This document shows, piece after piece, positions 1-9,200 of a stretch of 64,000 bases of DNA (positions are counted from its first letter, which is position 1; each line of letters begins with the position of its first letter). The translations under genes and the position numbers were made by a program. The notes below the pieces were generated by a model. The model was not told the DNA's origin. It saw only the letters and a list, made by a program, of their open reading frames with translations, and did no database searches. This DNA comes from an uncultured Acidobacteriota bacterium (lineage in GTDB: Bacteria; Acidobacteriota; Thermoanaerobaculia; Gp7-AA8). The stretch is taken from assembly GCA_963822445.1 (NCBI GenBank), contig CAWGHO010000003.1, forward strand, positions 480,001 to 544,000. Direction: 5' to 3'.

Positions 1-1
1 G

Positions 2-2686
2 ACGGCCGAGGATGCGCTGCGCGGGCTCCTGGAGAGCGAGGCCGCGGCGCTGATTGCCGTCGGCGGATCGGGCTCCGGCAAGACCAACCTGTTGTGCCGG
101 TTCGTGGTGGACCTGCTCGATCAGGGACACGCCGTGCTCGCGTATGACTGCGCCGCGCTTGCTGATGATGAGGTAGGGGAGGAGCTGGTTCGCGACCTGC
201 CCGTTGCGCGCGGCAGCGATCCGCTGGAGGCGCTGGAGAACATCGACGCCGAAGCGGCGCGCGCCGGGAAGAAGCTGGTGATCGTCTTCGATTCGATCGG
301 CGACTATCGCGGCGATGAAAGCTCCGGCGTGCAGGTATTGCTGCGACGCATCAACGATCTCGCCAAACGCGCCGGCACGAACGTGAAGTTCGTCCTGACC
401 TGCAACACCGCGGCGTGGGGCCGGCTGGAGCGGTTGGCGCCGATCCGCCTCGATCGCCGCGTCTACTACCGTTCGCCCGAAGACGAGCCCTTCCTGCGCC
501 TCGACATCTTCACGCCCGCCGAGGCCGAAGCCGCGTATCGGCGCTACCAGCAGTTCTTCGAGCTCTTCTCGAACTTCGAGGATCTTCCGCCCGAAGTGCG
601 CGAGCGGCTGCGCGATCCCGTGCTCTTGCGGATGACGGCGGAAGCGGGACGCGGCGAAAAGACGCCGCTGCTCGAGGTCGACTCCGCCCTCGGCGTCTAC
701 GGCCGCTTTTTCGACGAGCGCGTGCAACTGCCGCGCGAGACGTGGCTCGTCGATAAGCTCGCCGAACAGATGCTGGCGGACAAGAGCAGTACGCTCGCCC
801 TTTCCGATCTCTCCGGCCACAAAGACCTCGGCCAGGAGATCCTCAACGAAGATCCCACGTCCGTTTACTCGCGGCTCCTCGACAGCGGCGTGCTGCAGGA
901 GGCGCATGGCGATCAACGCACGGGCCCTGTCGTCCGCTTCGCCCACGCGCGCGTCGCCGCGTACGCACTGGCGAAACATCTGCGCAAACAGCCGGTCGCC
1001 GAAACCACCGCGGGTCTGGTCGCGCAGAACGTGCGGTTCCCGCTCGGCTGGGACGTCGCCCGGACGCTGTTACTGCTGACCCGCGACAACGCCGCGATCG
1101 CGACACTTGCCGGGTCCGATGATGTCGAGCAGCGCGAGCTCGCGGCGGAAGCGCTGGTCGAGCTCCATGCCGAGGATGCGAAAGCCGCGCGTGAGCTGCT
1201 GCAGTCGCTCCTGAAAGACAAGTCCGAAGCGGCGCGCCGGACCGCGCTCAAGGCCGCGTACAACATCGGTCCGCAGACGCGCGACTTTTTCCTGCGCGCC
1301 GCGCTCGACCGCAACCGTTCCGTCCGCGAATCGGTGCGCAACACGCTCTATCTGATCTGGCGCAATGAATCGCCGGCCCGCCGGCGATCGGTCACCGACA
1401 CGCTCTATCTGATCTGGCGCCACTCGCCCGGCTTCACCTACGAGCTGCTGACCAGTCTCGTCGACGAGCTCAAACCGACGGACCTCATCGGTCGCGCGAG
1501 CGCGTTCCGTTTCGTGATCGAGCTGATCGTCACCATCTACATCAATCATTGTGAAGAAGAGGAAGTGATCCAGAAGACGGCGGCGCTGCTGCATCACCTG
1601 GCCGTCGACCGGATGCACCTCAATCTCTTCAAGACGGGCGTCTTTGGCAAGAAAGCGGAGCAGCTCTTCCTGGGCGTCCTCGCGAGCGCGTTTGCGGCGC
1701 CGGTTCTCGACTGGATGCTCTTCACCGATGGTCGTCCGGCGACGGCGTTCTTCAAGCTTCCACAGGAACAGCGCGCGCCGCTCGCCCGGATCGCCGATGT
1801 TTACGATCCGAGCTCCGATCTCGGCGCGGCGTATGACGATCTCGTGTCTTTGCTCGAATCGAAGATGCCGACTTACAGCGGTGCTGCGGCGGTGGCGATC
1901 GCCGTTCACGCCGCGAAGGATTTCGCGAGGACCGAGCCGCTGATTCGCCGTCTCTGGGATGGCGCGACTTCACAGGGGCGCCTCTGGATTCTGATGGCCT
2001 TCTCCGTCCTGATGAAACCGACGCCGCCGGAATGGGTCGAGCTTCTCGAGGATCTGACCCGCCGCTATGTCCGCGACCATCGCGATGCCTTCCTCGGCCC
2101 GGCCAGCCGTCTCGCCGGCGATCTCGATCTCGTATTCGTCCCTCTCGGACTGGCGTACGGCAAGCGGGGCGCGGGCATGCCGCTCTTCGAATCGCTCGTG
2201 CAGGAAGCGCTCGCCGCGAACGACACCGCCCTCCTCGCACGCTGCATCACTGCCCTCGGCCCGGTCGGTTTCTACTATCCGCATGCCGCGCTCGACGTCC
2301 TCGAGCCGGTCATGAAGGAGCTCGAGAAGAGCGATGTTGCGGAGGCGATGGTGGGGACGCTGGCGACCATCCGCATGCTGCACTTCGATGCCGTCAATCA
2401 GTTTCTCAATCGCACCGCGGCGGCCGAGGGATTGAGAAGGCGCATCGATACGGTCGCGGACGTTGGCCTGGTGCACAACTACATCCTCGTCCTTGGCTAC
2501 TTCAACAACTCCGTGCACTTCACGCTCAACTACCCGCGCATGCGCAAGGCGTTGTCGGCCGGCGCATTGAAGCTGCTGGCGGAAACGCGATCGCCACGGG
2601 AGTTTCTCGGCGCGTACACGGCCACGGCATGGCGGATGTTGCACGCCTCGAAATTCAAGGTGATCGAATGGACGCTGCCGGAGTAA
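2..2686 (+). CDS. STAND/NACHT-like P-loop NTPase with C-terminal HEAT/ARM-like helical repeats (5'-truncated by window edge)
   Basis: The frame is open from base 2 and reads ..ALIAVGGSGSGKTNLL (Walker A, upstream of the track's start at 92). Walker B-like LVIVFDSIGD, an LRDPVLLRM motif and a winged-helix-like LLDSGVL..VRFAHARV segment follow, then alpha-helical repeats. Confidence 0.75.
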   Translation, partial: TAEDALRGLLESEAAALIAVGGSGSGKTNLLCRFVVDLLDQGHAVLAYDCAALADDEVGEELVRDLPVARGSDPLEALENIDAEAARAGKKLVIVFDSIGDYRGDESSGVQVLLRRINDLAKRAGTNVKFVLTCNTAAWGRLERLAPIRLDRRVYYRSPEDEPFLRLDIFTPAEAEAAYRRYQQFFELFSNFEDLPPEVRERLRDPVLLRMTAEAGRGEKTPLLEVDSALGVYGRFFDERVQLPRETWLVDKLAEQMLADKSSTLALSDLSGHKDLGQEILNEDPTSVYSRLLDSGVLQEAHGDQRTGPVVRFAHARVAAYALAKHLRKQPVAETTAGLVAQNVRFPLGWDVARTLLLLTRDNAAIATLAGSDDVEQRELAAEALVELHAEDAKAARELLQSLLKDKSEAARRTALKAAYNIGPQTRDFFLRAALDRNRSVRESVRNTLYLIWRNESPARRRSVTDTLYLIWRHSPGFTYELLTSLVDELKPTDLIGRASAFRFVIELIVTIYINHCEEEEVIQKTAALLHHLAVDRMHLNLFKTGVFGKKAEQLFLGVLASAFAAPVLDWMLFTDGRPATAFFKLPQEQRAPLARIADVYDPSSDLGAAYDDLVSLLESKMPTYSGAAAVAIAVHAAKDFARTEPLIRRLWDGATSQGRLWILMAFSVLMKPTPPEWVELLEDLTRRYVRDHRDAFLGPASRLAGDLDLVFVPLGLAYGKRGAGMPLFESLVQEALAANDTALLARCITALGPVGFYYPHAALDVLEPVMKELEKSDVAEAMVGTLATIRMLHFDAVNQFLNRTAAAEGLRRRIDTVADVGLVHNYILVLGYFNNSVHFTLNYPRMRKALSAGALKLLAETRSPREFLGAYTATAWRMLHASKFKVIEWTLPE
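1341..1420 (+). repeat. 23-bp exact direct repeat (57-nt period) duplicating TLYLIWR within the ATPase gene
   Basis: acacgctctatctgatctggcgc occurs at 1341-1363 and 1398-1420. Confidence 0.85.
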
Positions 2687-2721
2687 ACGACGTCCTCGTG
2701 GGCCGCCGCTCCGGTGGGAGT

Positions 2722-4539
2722 GTGTTGCGTCTCCTGATCGAGATCTCGCGGTTCGGCCGTTTGTCGATTCTCAGCTTCTCGTTGCTGCTGCCGTTGCTCG
2801 GTGCGGCGGTCGTCTCGCCGCGGCTGTCGCTCGCGCAACTCGGCGCGCTGTCCGCGGTCGCCGTCGCGTTTCATCTTTTCGGCTACGTCTCGAATGACGT
2901 CTTCGACCTGCCGCTCGACCGCACCCAGCCGCTACGGGCGGGCTCACCGCTCGTTCGCGGTCTGGTATCGCCGCGGGTGGCCATGGCGATTGCGCTCGTG
3001 CCGGTGCCGCTCGCGGCGATCGTTCATTTCTGGGCCGGCGGTCCGCCGGCGGCGAGTGTGGTGCTGATGATCGGCATGGGCTTCGGCCTTCTGTACAACC
3101 GGTTCGGCAAGCGGATCGCCTTTCCGATTGCCAGCGACGCCATTCAGGGCTTGGCGTGGGTGGCGCTGGCGCTTTACGGCGCGCTGGCGAGTGACGGTGG
3201 TCTGACAACGTGCGTGGTGTGGCTGTCGGCGACGGTGCTCGTGTACGTGATGCTCGTCAATGCGCTGCATGGTGGATTGCGGGATCTCGCCAACGACGCG
3301 CGTCATGGCGCGCGGACCACGGCGCTGTATTTCGGAGCGCGAGTCGGGCCGGACGAGGAGCTGATCGTGCCGCGAGGATTTCTTCTGTACGGCACATCAC
3401 TGCAGGCCGCGGCAATGGTGTTCGCGTGCTTGTGCTACGGACGGAATGCATTAGCGATCGCGGCGATCGTCGCGGCGCATCTCGTGCTCTTCGCGCTCGG
3501 ACGCGCTGTCATTCGGTCGACGGGTAACCGTCCGGCGATGATCCGGAAAGGCATGCTCCACCTCTTCCTGTCGATCGGCGTGGTGCTGCTGCCGTTTGCG
3601 TTCTTCACCAATCCGCTGGCGACCTTTCTCATCGTCGCGTCCTACGCCGTGCCGCTGGTGATCCTGTTCGGCTACCTCGCGTGGCATCACGCGCGAACGG
3701 CGATGGCTGTCGCGGTCCTCGTTGCGGTTCCCGCGTTCGCTCAATCCGTTCATGTCGTGCCGCGGGCGGAGCTGGTTGCGGCAATGTCCGCGGAGCGGGC
3801 GAAGGATTACGAGATCTGCGCGACCGCCAACGCCGCGCGATTCAACGCCGCGGTGATCATCGCCGTGGCGCGCGTCGCGCAGGCACGGGGCCACGCGCCG
3901 ATCGTGCTCGATCATCGCGATTACTACGAGGCATTCAACGCGACCGCCGGTTGCGACGCGATTCCGGTCTTCATCGAGAAGGCGCACACGCATCGCGAAG
4001 ACCAGTACGTCGATGCCCGGCGGGAGAAAGTGCTGAAACGGGTGAAGACGCCGAACGCGGAACGGCCGGTCTTCGCGGCCAACGTCGTCGCCGGCTGGAC
4101 CGGCGGGCAGCCGCGCTATTCGTATGAAGATCTCCGCTCCGATCCTCAGTTACGCGTGACGCACGAGCGCATCACCAGCTACCGGCTCCTCACGTTTGGG
4201 ACCAACGACGAGATCCTGCTGTTCGACGACATCCACGGCATTTCCGGCCGCGCACTCTCCGGCGCATTGAGCCTGATCTTCCGTGCCTTCGGCGACGGGA
4301 TCGCCGATCGCGCCTGGATTCACATCGTCGGCCGCGAGCAGGTCACAGTCTCCAAGGGTCACAAATTCTTCATCTACCCGCCGCCGGTGACGGCGACGGT
4401 CGATCGCGACGGCCGTGCGACCGATGAAGTTCCCGAGCACTTGAAGAAATACGCGGCCCGCCTGAAGAAGCCCTTCGACGCCGAGTACGTGCCGATGCGA
4501 AGCGCGGATGTGTTCCGCTGGCAACGCGTTCAGCCGTGA
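2722..4539 (+). CDS. UbiA-family prenyltransferase fused to an unknown soluble C-terminal domain (~605 aa)
   Basis: Asp-rich motifs YVSNDVFDLPLD..SPLVRG and GLRDLANDARHGARTT, with many TM helices. Start moved to GTG 2722 (TTG 2725 possible) because the track's start at 2032 overlaps the ATPase gene. Confidence 0.75.
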   Translation: MLRLLIEISRFGRLSILSFSLLLPLLGAAVVSPRLSLAQLGALSAVAVAFHLFGYVSNDVFDLPLDRTQPLRAGSPLVRGLVSPRVAMAIALVPVPLAAIVHFWAGGPPAASVVLMIGMGFGLLYNRFGKRIAFPIASDAIQGLAWVALALYGALASDGGLTTCVVWLSATVLVYVMLVNALHGGLRDLANDARHGARTTALYFGARVGPDEELIVPRGFLLYGTSLQAAAMVFACLCYGRNALAIAAIVAAHLVLFALGRAVIRSTGNRPAMIRKGMLHLFLSIGVVLLPFAFFTNPLATFLIVASYAVPLVILFGYLAWHHARTAMAVAVLVAVPAFAQSVHVVPRAELVAAMSAERAKDYEICATANAARFNAAVIIAVARVAQARGHAPIVLDHRDYYEAFNATAGCDAIPVFIEKAHTHREDQYVDARREKVLKRVKTPNAERPVFAANVVAGWTGGQPRYSYEDLRSDPQLRVTHERITSYRLLTFGTNDEILLFDDIHGISGRALSGALSLIFRAFGDGIADRAWIHIVGREQVTVSKGHKFFIYPPPVTATVDRDGRATDEVPEHLKKYAARLKKPFDAEYVPMRSADVFRWQRVQP

Positions 4540-5360
4540 GCGGTAATCGCCGCGAACAGGCCGATGCATCCGCCGATCAGAAACACCTTCTGCAATTCGA
4601 GATACGCGCGAACGGTAAACCTGGTGATCTTCAACGCCACCACACCCAATGAGACCGCATTGACGATGGCTACGACCACCGCGAACTCGCGGAGATAGGG
4701 GAGAGGCGGAATCGGCCCCGTGCGAGCGAGCACGAACAACGAGACATTGAGCGCGGCCACCAGCGCCAGGCCGATGCGCGGTCCAGCCGCCACGGGAATG
4801 GTTCTGATCCCGGCGGCCGCATCGCCGTCGCGATCGTAAACATCGGCGACGAGCTCCTTCTGCGTCACGAACAGACCGAGGATCGCCGCGCCGGCGAGGA
4901 CGGTGGCGATGCTCGCGCGATCCAGCGACGCGCCCCACGGCAGCATTCCGCACCAGGCGCCGACGAACACATTCTTGAGGCCGATCATCCGTTTCACCGC
5001 GTCCGAATAGAGCACGCCCGACAGGATCAGCAGTGCAACGAAAATGAACGACGCCACGGACAACGTGGCGATTGCGAGCACCACGGCCGCTCCGAATGCG
5101 ACGGCAGTGAATCGCCTGACCTGACGTGTGGTCAACCGCCCAGACACCAGCGGCCGCGCCGGCCGATTGACACGGTCGCAGACCTGGTCGCGCAGGTCGT
5201 TGTACGCATAGCCGCCGGTGACCGCGAACGCGATGGCCATCGTTCCGGCGATCAATTCGAGCGGCGGCACACCCAGAGCGATGCCGATGCCGTACGACAA
5301 CAGCGCCAGCGGGAGAATCGTGTAGAACCGCGACAGAGCGAGGTAGCGCAACGGCGGCAT
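4530..5360 (-). CDS. UbiA-family prenyltransferase (DGGGP-synthase-like motifs)
   Basis: GGYAYNDLRDQVCDRVNRPARPLVSG and KELVADVYDRDGDAAAGIRTIPV motifs; multi-TM; 276 aa. Confidence 0.85.
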   Translation of the reverse strand: MPPLRYLALSRFYTILPLALLSYGIGIALGVPPLELIAGTMAIAFAVTGGYAYNDLRDQVCDRVNRPARPLVSGRLTTRQVRRFTAVAFGAAVVLAIATLSVASFIFVALLILSGVLYSDAVKRMIGLKNVFVGAWCGMLPWGASLDRASIATVLAGAAILGLFVTQKELVADVYDRDGDAAAGIRTIPVAAGPRIGLALVAALNVSLFVLARTGPIPPLPYLREFAVVVAIVNAVSLGVVALKITRFTVRAYLELQKVFLIGGCIGLFAAITAHG

Positions 5361-5387
5361 CGTAATCCCAACCTAGAATACGAACGG
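5361..5387. promoter_or_regulatory. 27-bp divergent promoter region, probably giving leaderless transcripts
   Basis: TAGAAT (+, 5374-5379) lies 8 nt before ATG 5388. A weaker TAGGTT (-, 5375-5370) lies 9 nt before ATG 5360. No SD-like sequence is present. Confidence 0.45.
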
Positions 5388-6170
5388 ATGCCCACTTACT
5401 ACGATCTGCCTCTGCTCAAGAAACCTGTCTGGACGTGGGAAGTCCCGACTTACTTTTTCGTCGGCGGCGCGGCAGGTGCGGCGGCGGTGCTGGCGGTCGC
5501 AGCGCAGATCGGGGCGGACAACGAGAAAGTCGTACGCGACGCGCGATGGATTGCCGCGATCGGCGCCGCCGTCTCCGGGCCGCTGCTGATCGCCGACCTC
5601 GGCCGCCCCGAGAGGTTCCTCAACATGCTGCGCGTCTTCAAGCCCCGGTCGCCGATGTCGGTGGGCGCGTGGACCGTGGCCGTGTTCGGCGCGGCGACGA
5701 CTGCGGCAGTCCTCCTCCCCAATCGCACGCTGAAGAACACCGCCGGTGCGGTCGCCGGCGCAACCGGTCTGGTGATGGCCACGTACACGGGCGTGCTGAT
5801 CGGCGCGACGGCGATTCCGGTCTGGAAGCGAAACGTCGCGCTCCTGCCCGTGCTCTTCGGCGCCTCCGCTCTCGGATCGGCGGTCTCGTTGCTCGAGCTT
5901 CGCGGCAACCGCATGACCGCCCTCAACTCCCTGGGGCTCGGCGCGGCGCTCTTCGAGACCGCCGCCGAACACGCCAGCAAAACGACGATCGCCCGCGTCG
6001 CCGGCGTGCTTTCCGGTCCGATTCCCTTCCTCCTCCGCCTCCTCGGAGCGCGCAAGCTCGCCGCGGTCTCGACACTGGCCGGCTCCCTCGCCACACGGAT
6101 CGCCTGGGTCGAAGCAGGCAAGGCGAGCGCGGCCGATGCCGGCGTTGCGCTGAGCGGACGCCGCGCGTAA
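5388..6170 (+). CDS. NrfD/PsrC-family membrane anchor protein (stand-alone)
   Basis: PLLKKPVWTWEVPTYFFVGG and LLIADLGRPERFLNMLRVFKPRSPMSVGAW are NrfD-type signatures; hydrophobic helices. Confidence 0.85.
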   Translation: MPTYYDLPLLKKPVWTWEVPTYFFVGGAAGAAAVLAVAAQIGADNEKVVRDARWIAAIGAAVSGPLLIADLGRPERFLNMLRVFKPRSPMSVGAWTVAVFGAATTAAVLLPNRTLKNTAGAVAGATGLVMATYTGVLIGATAIPVWKRNVALLPVLFGASALGSAVSLLELRGNRMTALNSLGLGAALFETAAEHASKTTIARVAGVLSGPIPFLLRLLGARKLAAVSTLAGSLATRIAWVEAGKASAADAGVALSGRRA

Positions 6171-6215
6171 ACTCGCCGGACATCCTTCAAATAATCGGAG
6201 CTCCGGGAGGCCCCA

Positions 6216-9200
6216 ATGTCTTCTCTGCCGCGTGAGGTGCACGAAGTGCTCGAGCACGAGTACGTCTCGATGTACGGACCGCTCGAGTGCGTCGACGTCC
6301 GCTACACGGCGGAGCAGATCGTCGACGTGCAATGGGTCCTCTCGATCCTGCGCGCCTGCGAGCTGGCCGATGACCAGCTGGCCCGCCACGCCGCCCAGGC
6401 CGAGAGCATCGACGCCGCTCGACGCTCGCTCGCCGCAAAGCTCAACGCGATGGTCGCCATCGACCCCGCCCAGAACCCCACCGGCAACCGCGGCGAGGAA
6501 AATCGCCTGCAGGCCGAGCAGCGCTCGATCCTGTGCAACCACCTCATTCACTCCCCGGCGCTCACCAGCATCGGACGCATGCTCATCGAGCAGTACGACG
6601 ATCTCTTCACCGAGACCACGAGCGACGCCAGGCTGCAGGAGATCCACCGCCGCATCGTCGACGAGGCGTTCAGCGGCGCGGTGAAGCCGCTGCGGGACCG
6701 GCGTCTGGCCAAGGTCTACGAGAAGCTGCATGCGCGCGCGAAAGAAGACGACTCGAAGGCCCGCACGGCGCTGTGTATCTCCGGCGGCGGCATCCGCAGC
6801 GCGACCTTTGCCATGGGCGTGATCCAGGGGCTGGCCAGCGCGAAGATCCTCGACAAGTTCGACTTACTCTCCACCGTCTCCGGCGGCGGCTACATCGGAA
6901 GCTGGCTCTCGTCCTGGGCGCGCCGCCATCCGCATGGGATGAGCGGCGTGCAGGAGGATCTCGCGGCATGCGACAGCGCCGCCGGTTGGGTGCGCCCGGC
7001 CGACGACACGACGCACGGGCCGTCACGCCCCAAAGCAAAAGACCAGAAGATCGAGCCGGAGCCGAAGCCGGTCCGCCATCTGCGCGACTACAGCAACTAC
7101 CTCAGCCCGCGTCTGGGCCTCTTCTCCGGCGACGCCTGGACCATGGCCGCGCTCTACGTCCGCAACCTGATGCTGAATCTCCTCGTGCTGATCCCGGTCA
7201 TCGCCCTGGCCCTGGCCGTGCCGCGGTTCTACGCGTTCTTCACCGGCACGACATTCTGGGTGCCGGTCTGGCTGTACCCGTCGACGACGGTGATCTGTCT
7301 CTTCCTGGCCTTCCGCTACATCGGCATGCATCGACCAGTCGATCACGACACGAAAGTCGAGCAGTCGACAGGCAACGCCGACGCGGCGTATTTCCGCGGC
7401 TGCGTCCTTCCGCTCCTCGGCGCCGCGGTGTCGGTCACGCTGTTCTGGGCCGACGTGCACAGTGGCCTCAACGATCTGACCAACCGATATGTGATCGGCG
7501 CCGCGACGCTGACCGCGCTGGCGACCACGTTCTGGCCGTACTTCGTCTACTACCGCCGCTTCCACAAATCGGTGCAGACGTCGTGGCGCAGCAACCTCGC
7601 CGATGCCGATGCCCTTCGCAGCCATCTCAAGCACAAGAAGGTCCGTGAGATCACCGGCACGCTCCTCGGCCTCGTCACCGCGGCGGCGATGGTCTACCTC
7701 CTGGCGACGGAGGTCTTCAACAAGCCGCTGCAGGATTTCAACGACCTGATTCGCATCGCCGAGCGCGCGCCGGCCGATCGCGCCGGCGCGGACCTCACTC
7801 CCTGGGCCACGCTCTACACCTGCTTCGCCGTGCCGGCCATGCTGCTCGTGTTCTACGTGCAGGCCACGATCTTCGTCGGCATCTCCAGCCATCGCAACGA
7901 AGACCACGATCGCGAATGGTGGGGCCGCGGCGGCGCCTGGCTGCTGATCACCGCCGTCGCCTGGGCCGCGCTCTCCGGCATCGCCGTGTTCGGGCCGGTG
8001 GCGCTGTACCACGCGCCGATCATCCTCGGCACGATCGGCGGCGGCGCGGGCATCCTCGCCGCGCTGCTCGGATTCAGCGCGAAGACGCCGGCGAACAAGA
8101 AGGAGAAAGAGGATGCCGGCGCGACCGCGAAAGCCGGCAACGCCGCTCTCGGTCTGGCCACGCCGCTGTTCGCGCTCTTCTTTCTCGCTCTGATCTCCCT
8201 GGCCACGACCTGGCTCACTCATCAGGCCAAGCCGGTCGCTGAATCGGACAAGTGGGAATCGAAGAAGTACGCGCTCGACTCACAGCTGCAGTCGAAGGCC
8301 GTGCGCACCCGGTCCTCGCGGCAGCATGAGAACGTTCAGATCCAGGACGAGTCGCCGCTCGCGTCTCGCGTGTCGCTGCCGGAATTGCGCGCGTTCGCGC
8401 ACTACCGCACCGTTGCCACGACCGAGCATTGGGAGCTGTTGATTCTGCTCGCCGTGGCCGGCCTCGCGTACTGGCTCTCGCGGTCGATCGGCGTGAACAA
8501 GTTCTCGATGCACGCCTTGTATCGGAACCGCCTGATCCGCGCCTACCTCGGCGCCTCCCGTTACGCGCGTAACGCCCATCCCTTCACCGGCTTCGACGAG
8601 AAGGACGACCTGCAGATGTACCGCCTGCGGCCGGAGCTGCTCTGGCCGAACGATCTCGTCAATCCGCTGGCCTTCTTCGATCAGTTGAAAGAAGGCGCGC
8701 GGAAAACGCAGACCGGCCTGGAGGGCAAGCTGCTCGGCAAGCGCAAGCTCGCACAGCATCTCTGGACGCGCTTCTACGCGACGACGCAGAAGCAGATTCT
8801 CGCGGGGAAGGTCAACCGCGATGCGATCGACTCGGTCGTGCACAACATCAACGCCATCCTCGTCGACGACAGCCAGCATCTCGAGGACGTGCCCGACCTC
8901 GGCCTGCCCGCCGATTTCTGGGCTCGGCGCGTCAACGGCTGCATCCCCCATCCGCCGCTCCTGCGCAACCGCGCGGTGCTCGATCATTTCCTCGGCGACG
9001 TGATCTCGCCGATGGCCCGGCCGAAAGATGCGCCGCCCGACGAGACGGCGATGACGCGCGGCGACGAAACGCTGTCGAAGCTCGGCAAAGGCTCGATCAC
9101 CCGCGGTCCGCTGCACATCGTCAACGTGGCTCTGAATCTCGTCGGCGGCGACAAGCTCGCCTGGCAGCAGCGCAAAGCAGCGCCGTTCACCGTTTCGCCG

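Noticed and set aside
2032-2721. N-terminal 230 aa of the 835-aa ORF
   Set aside because: It overlaps the ATPase gene in another frame and is Arg/Pro-rich without motifs; the UbiA domain starts after the ATPase stop.
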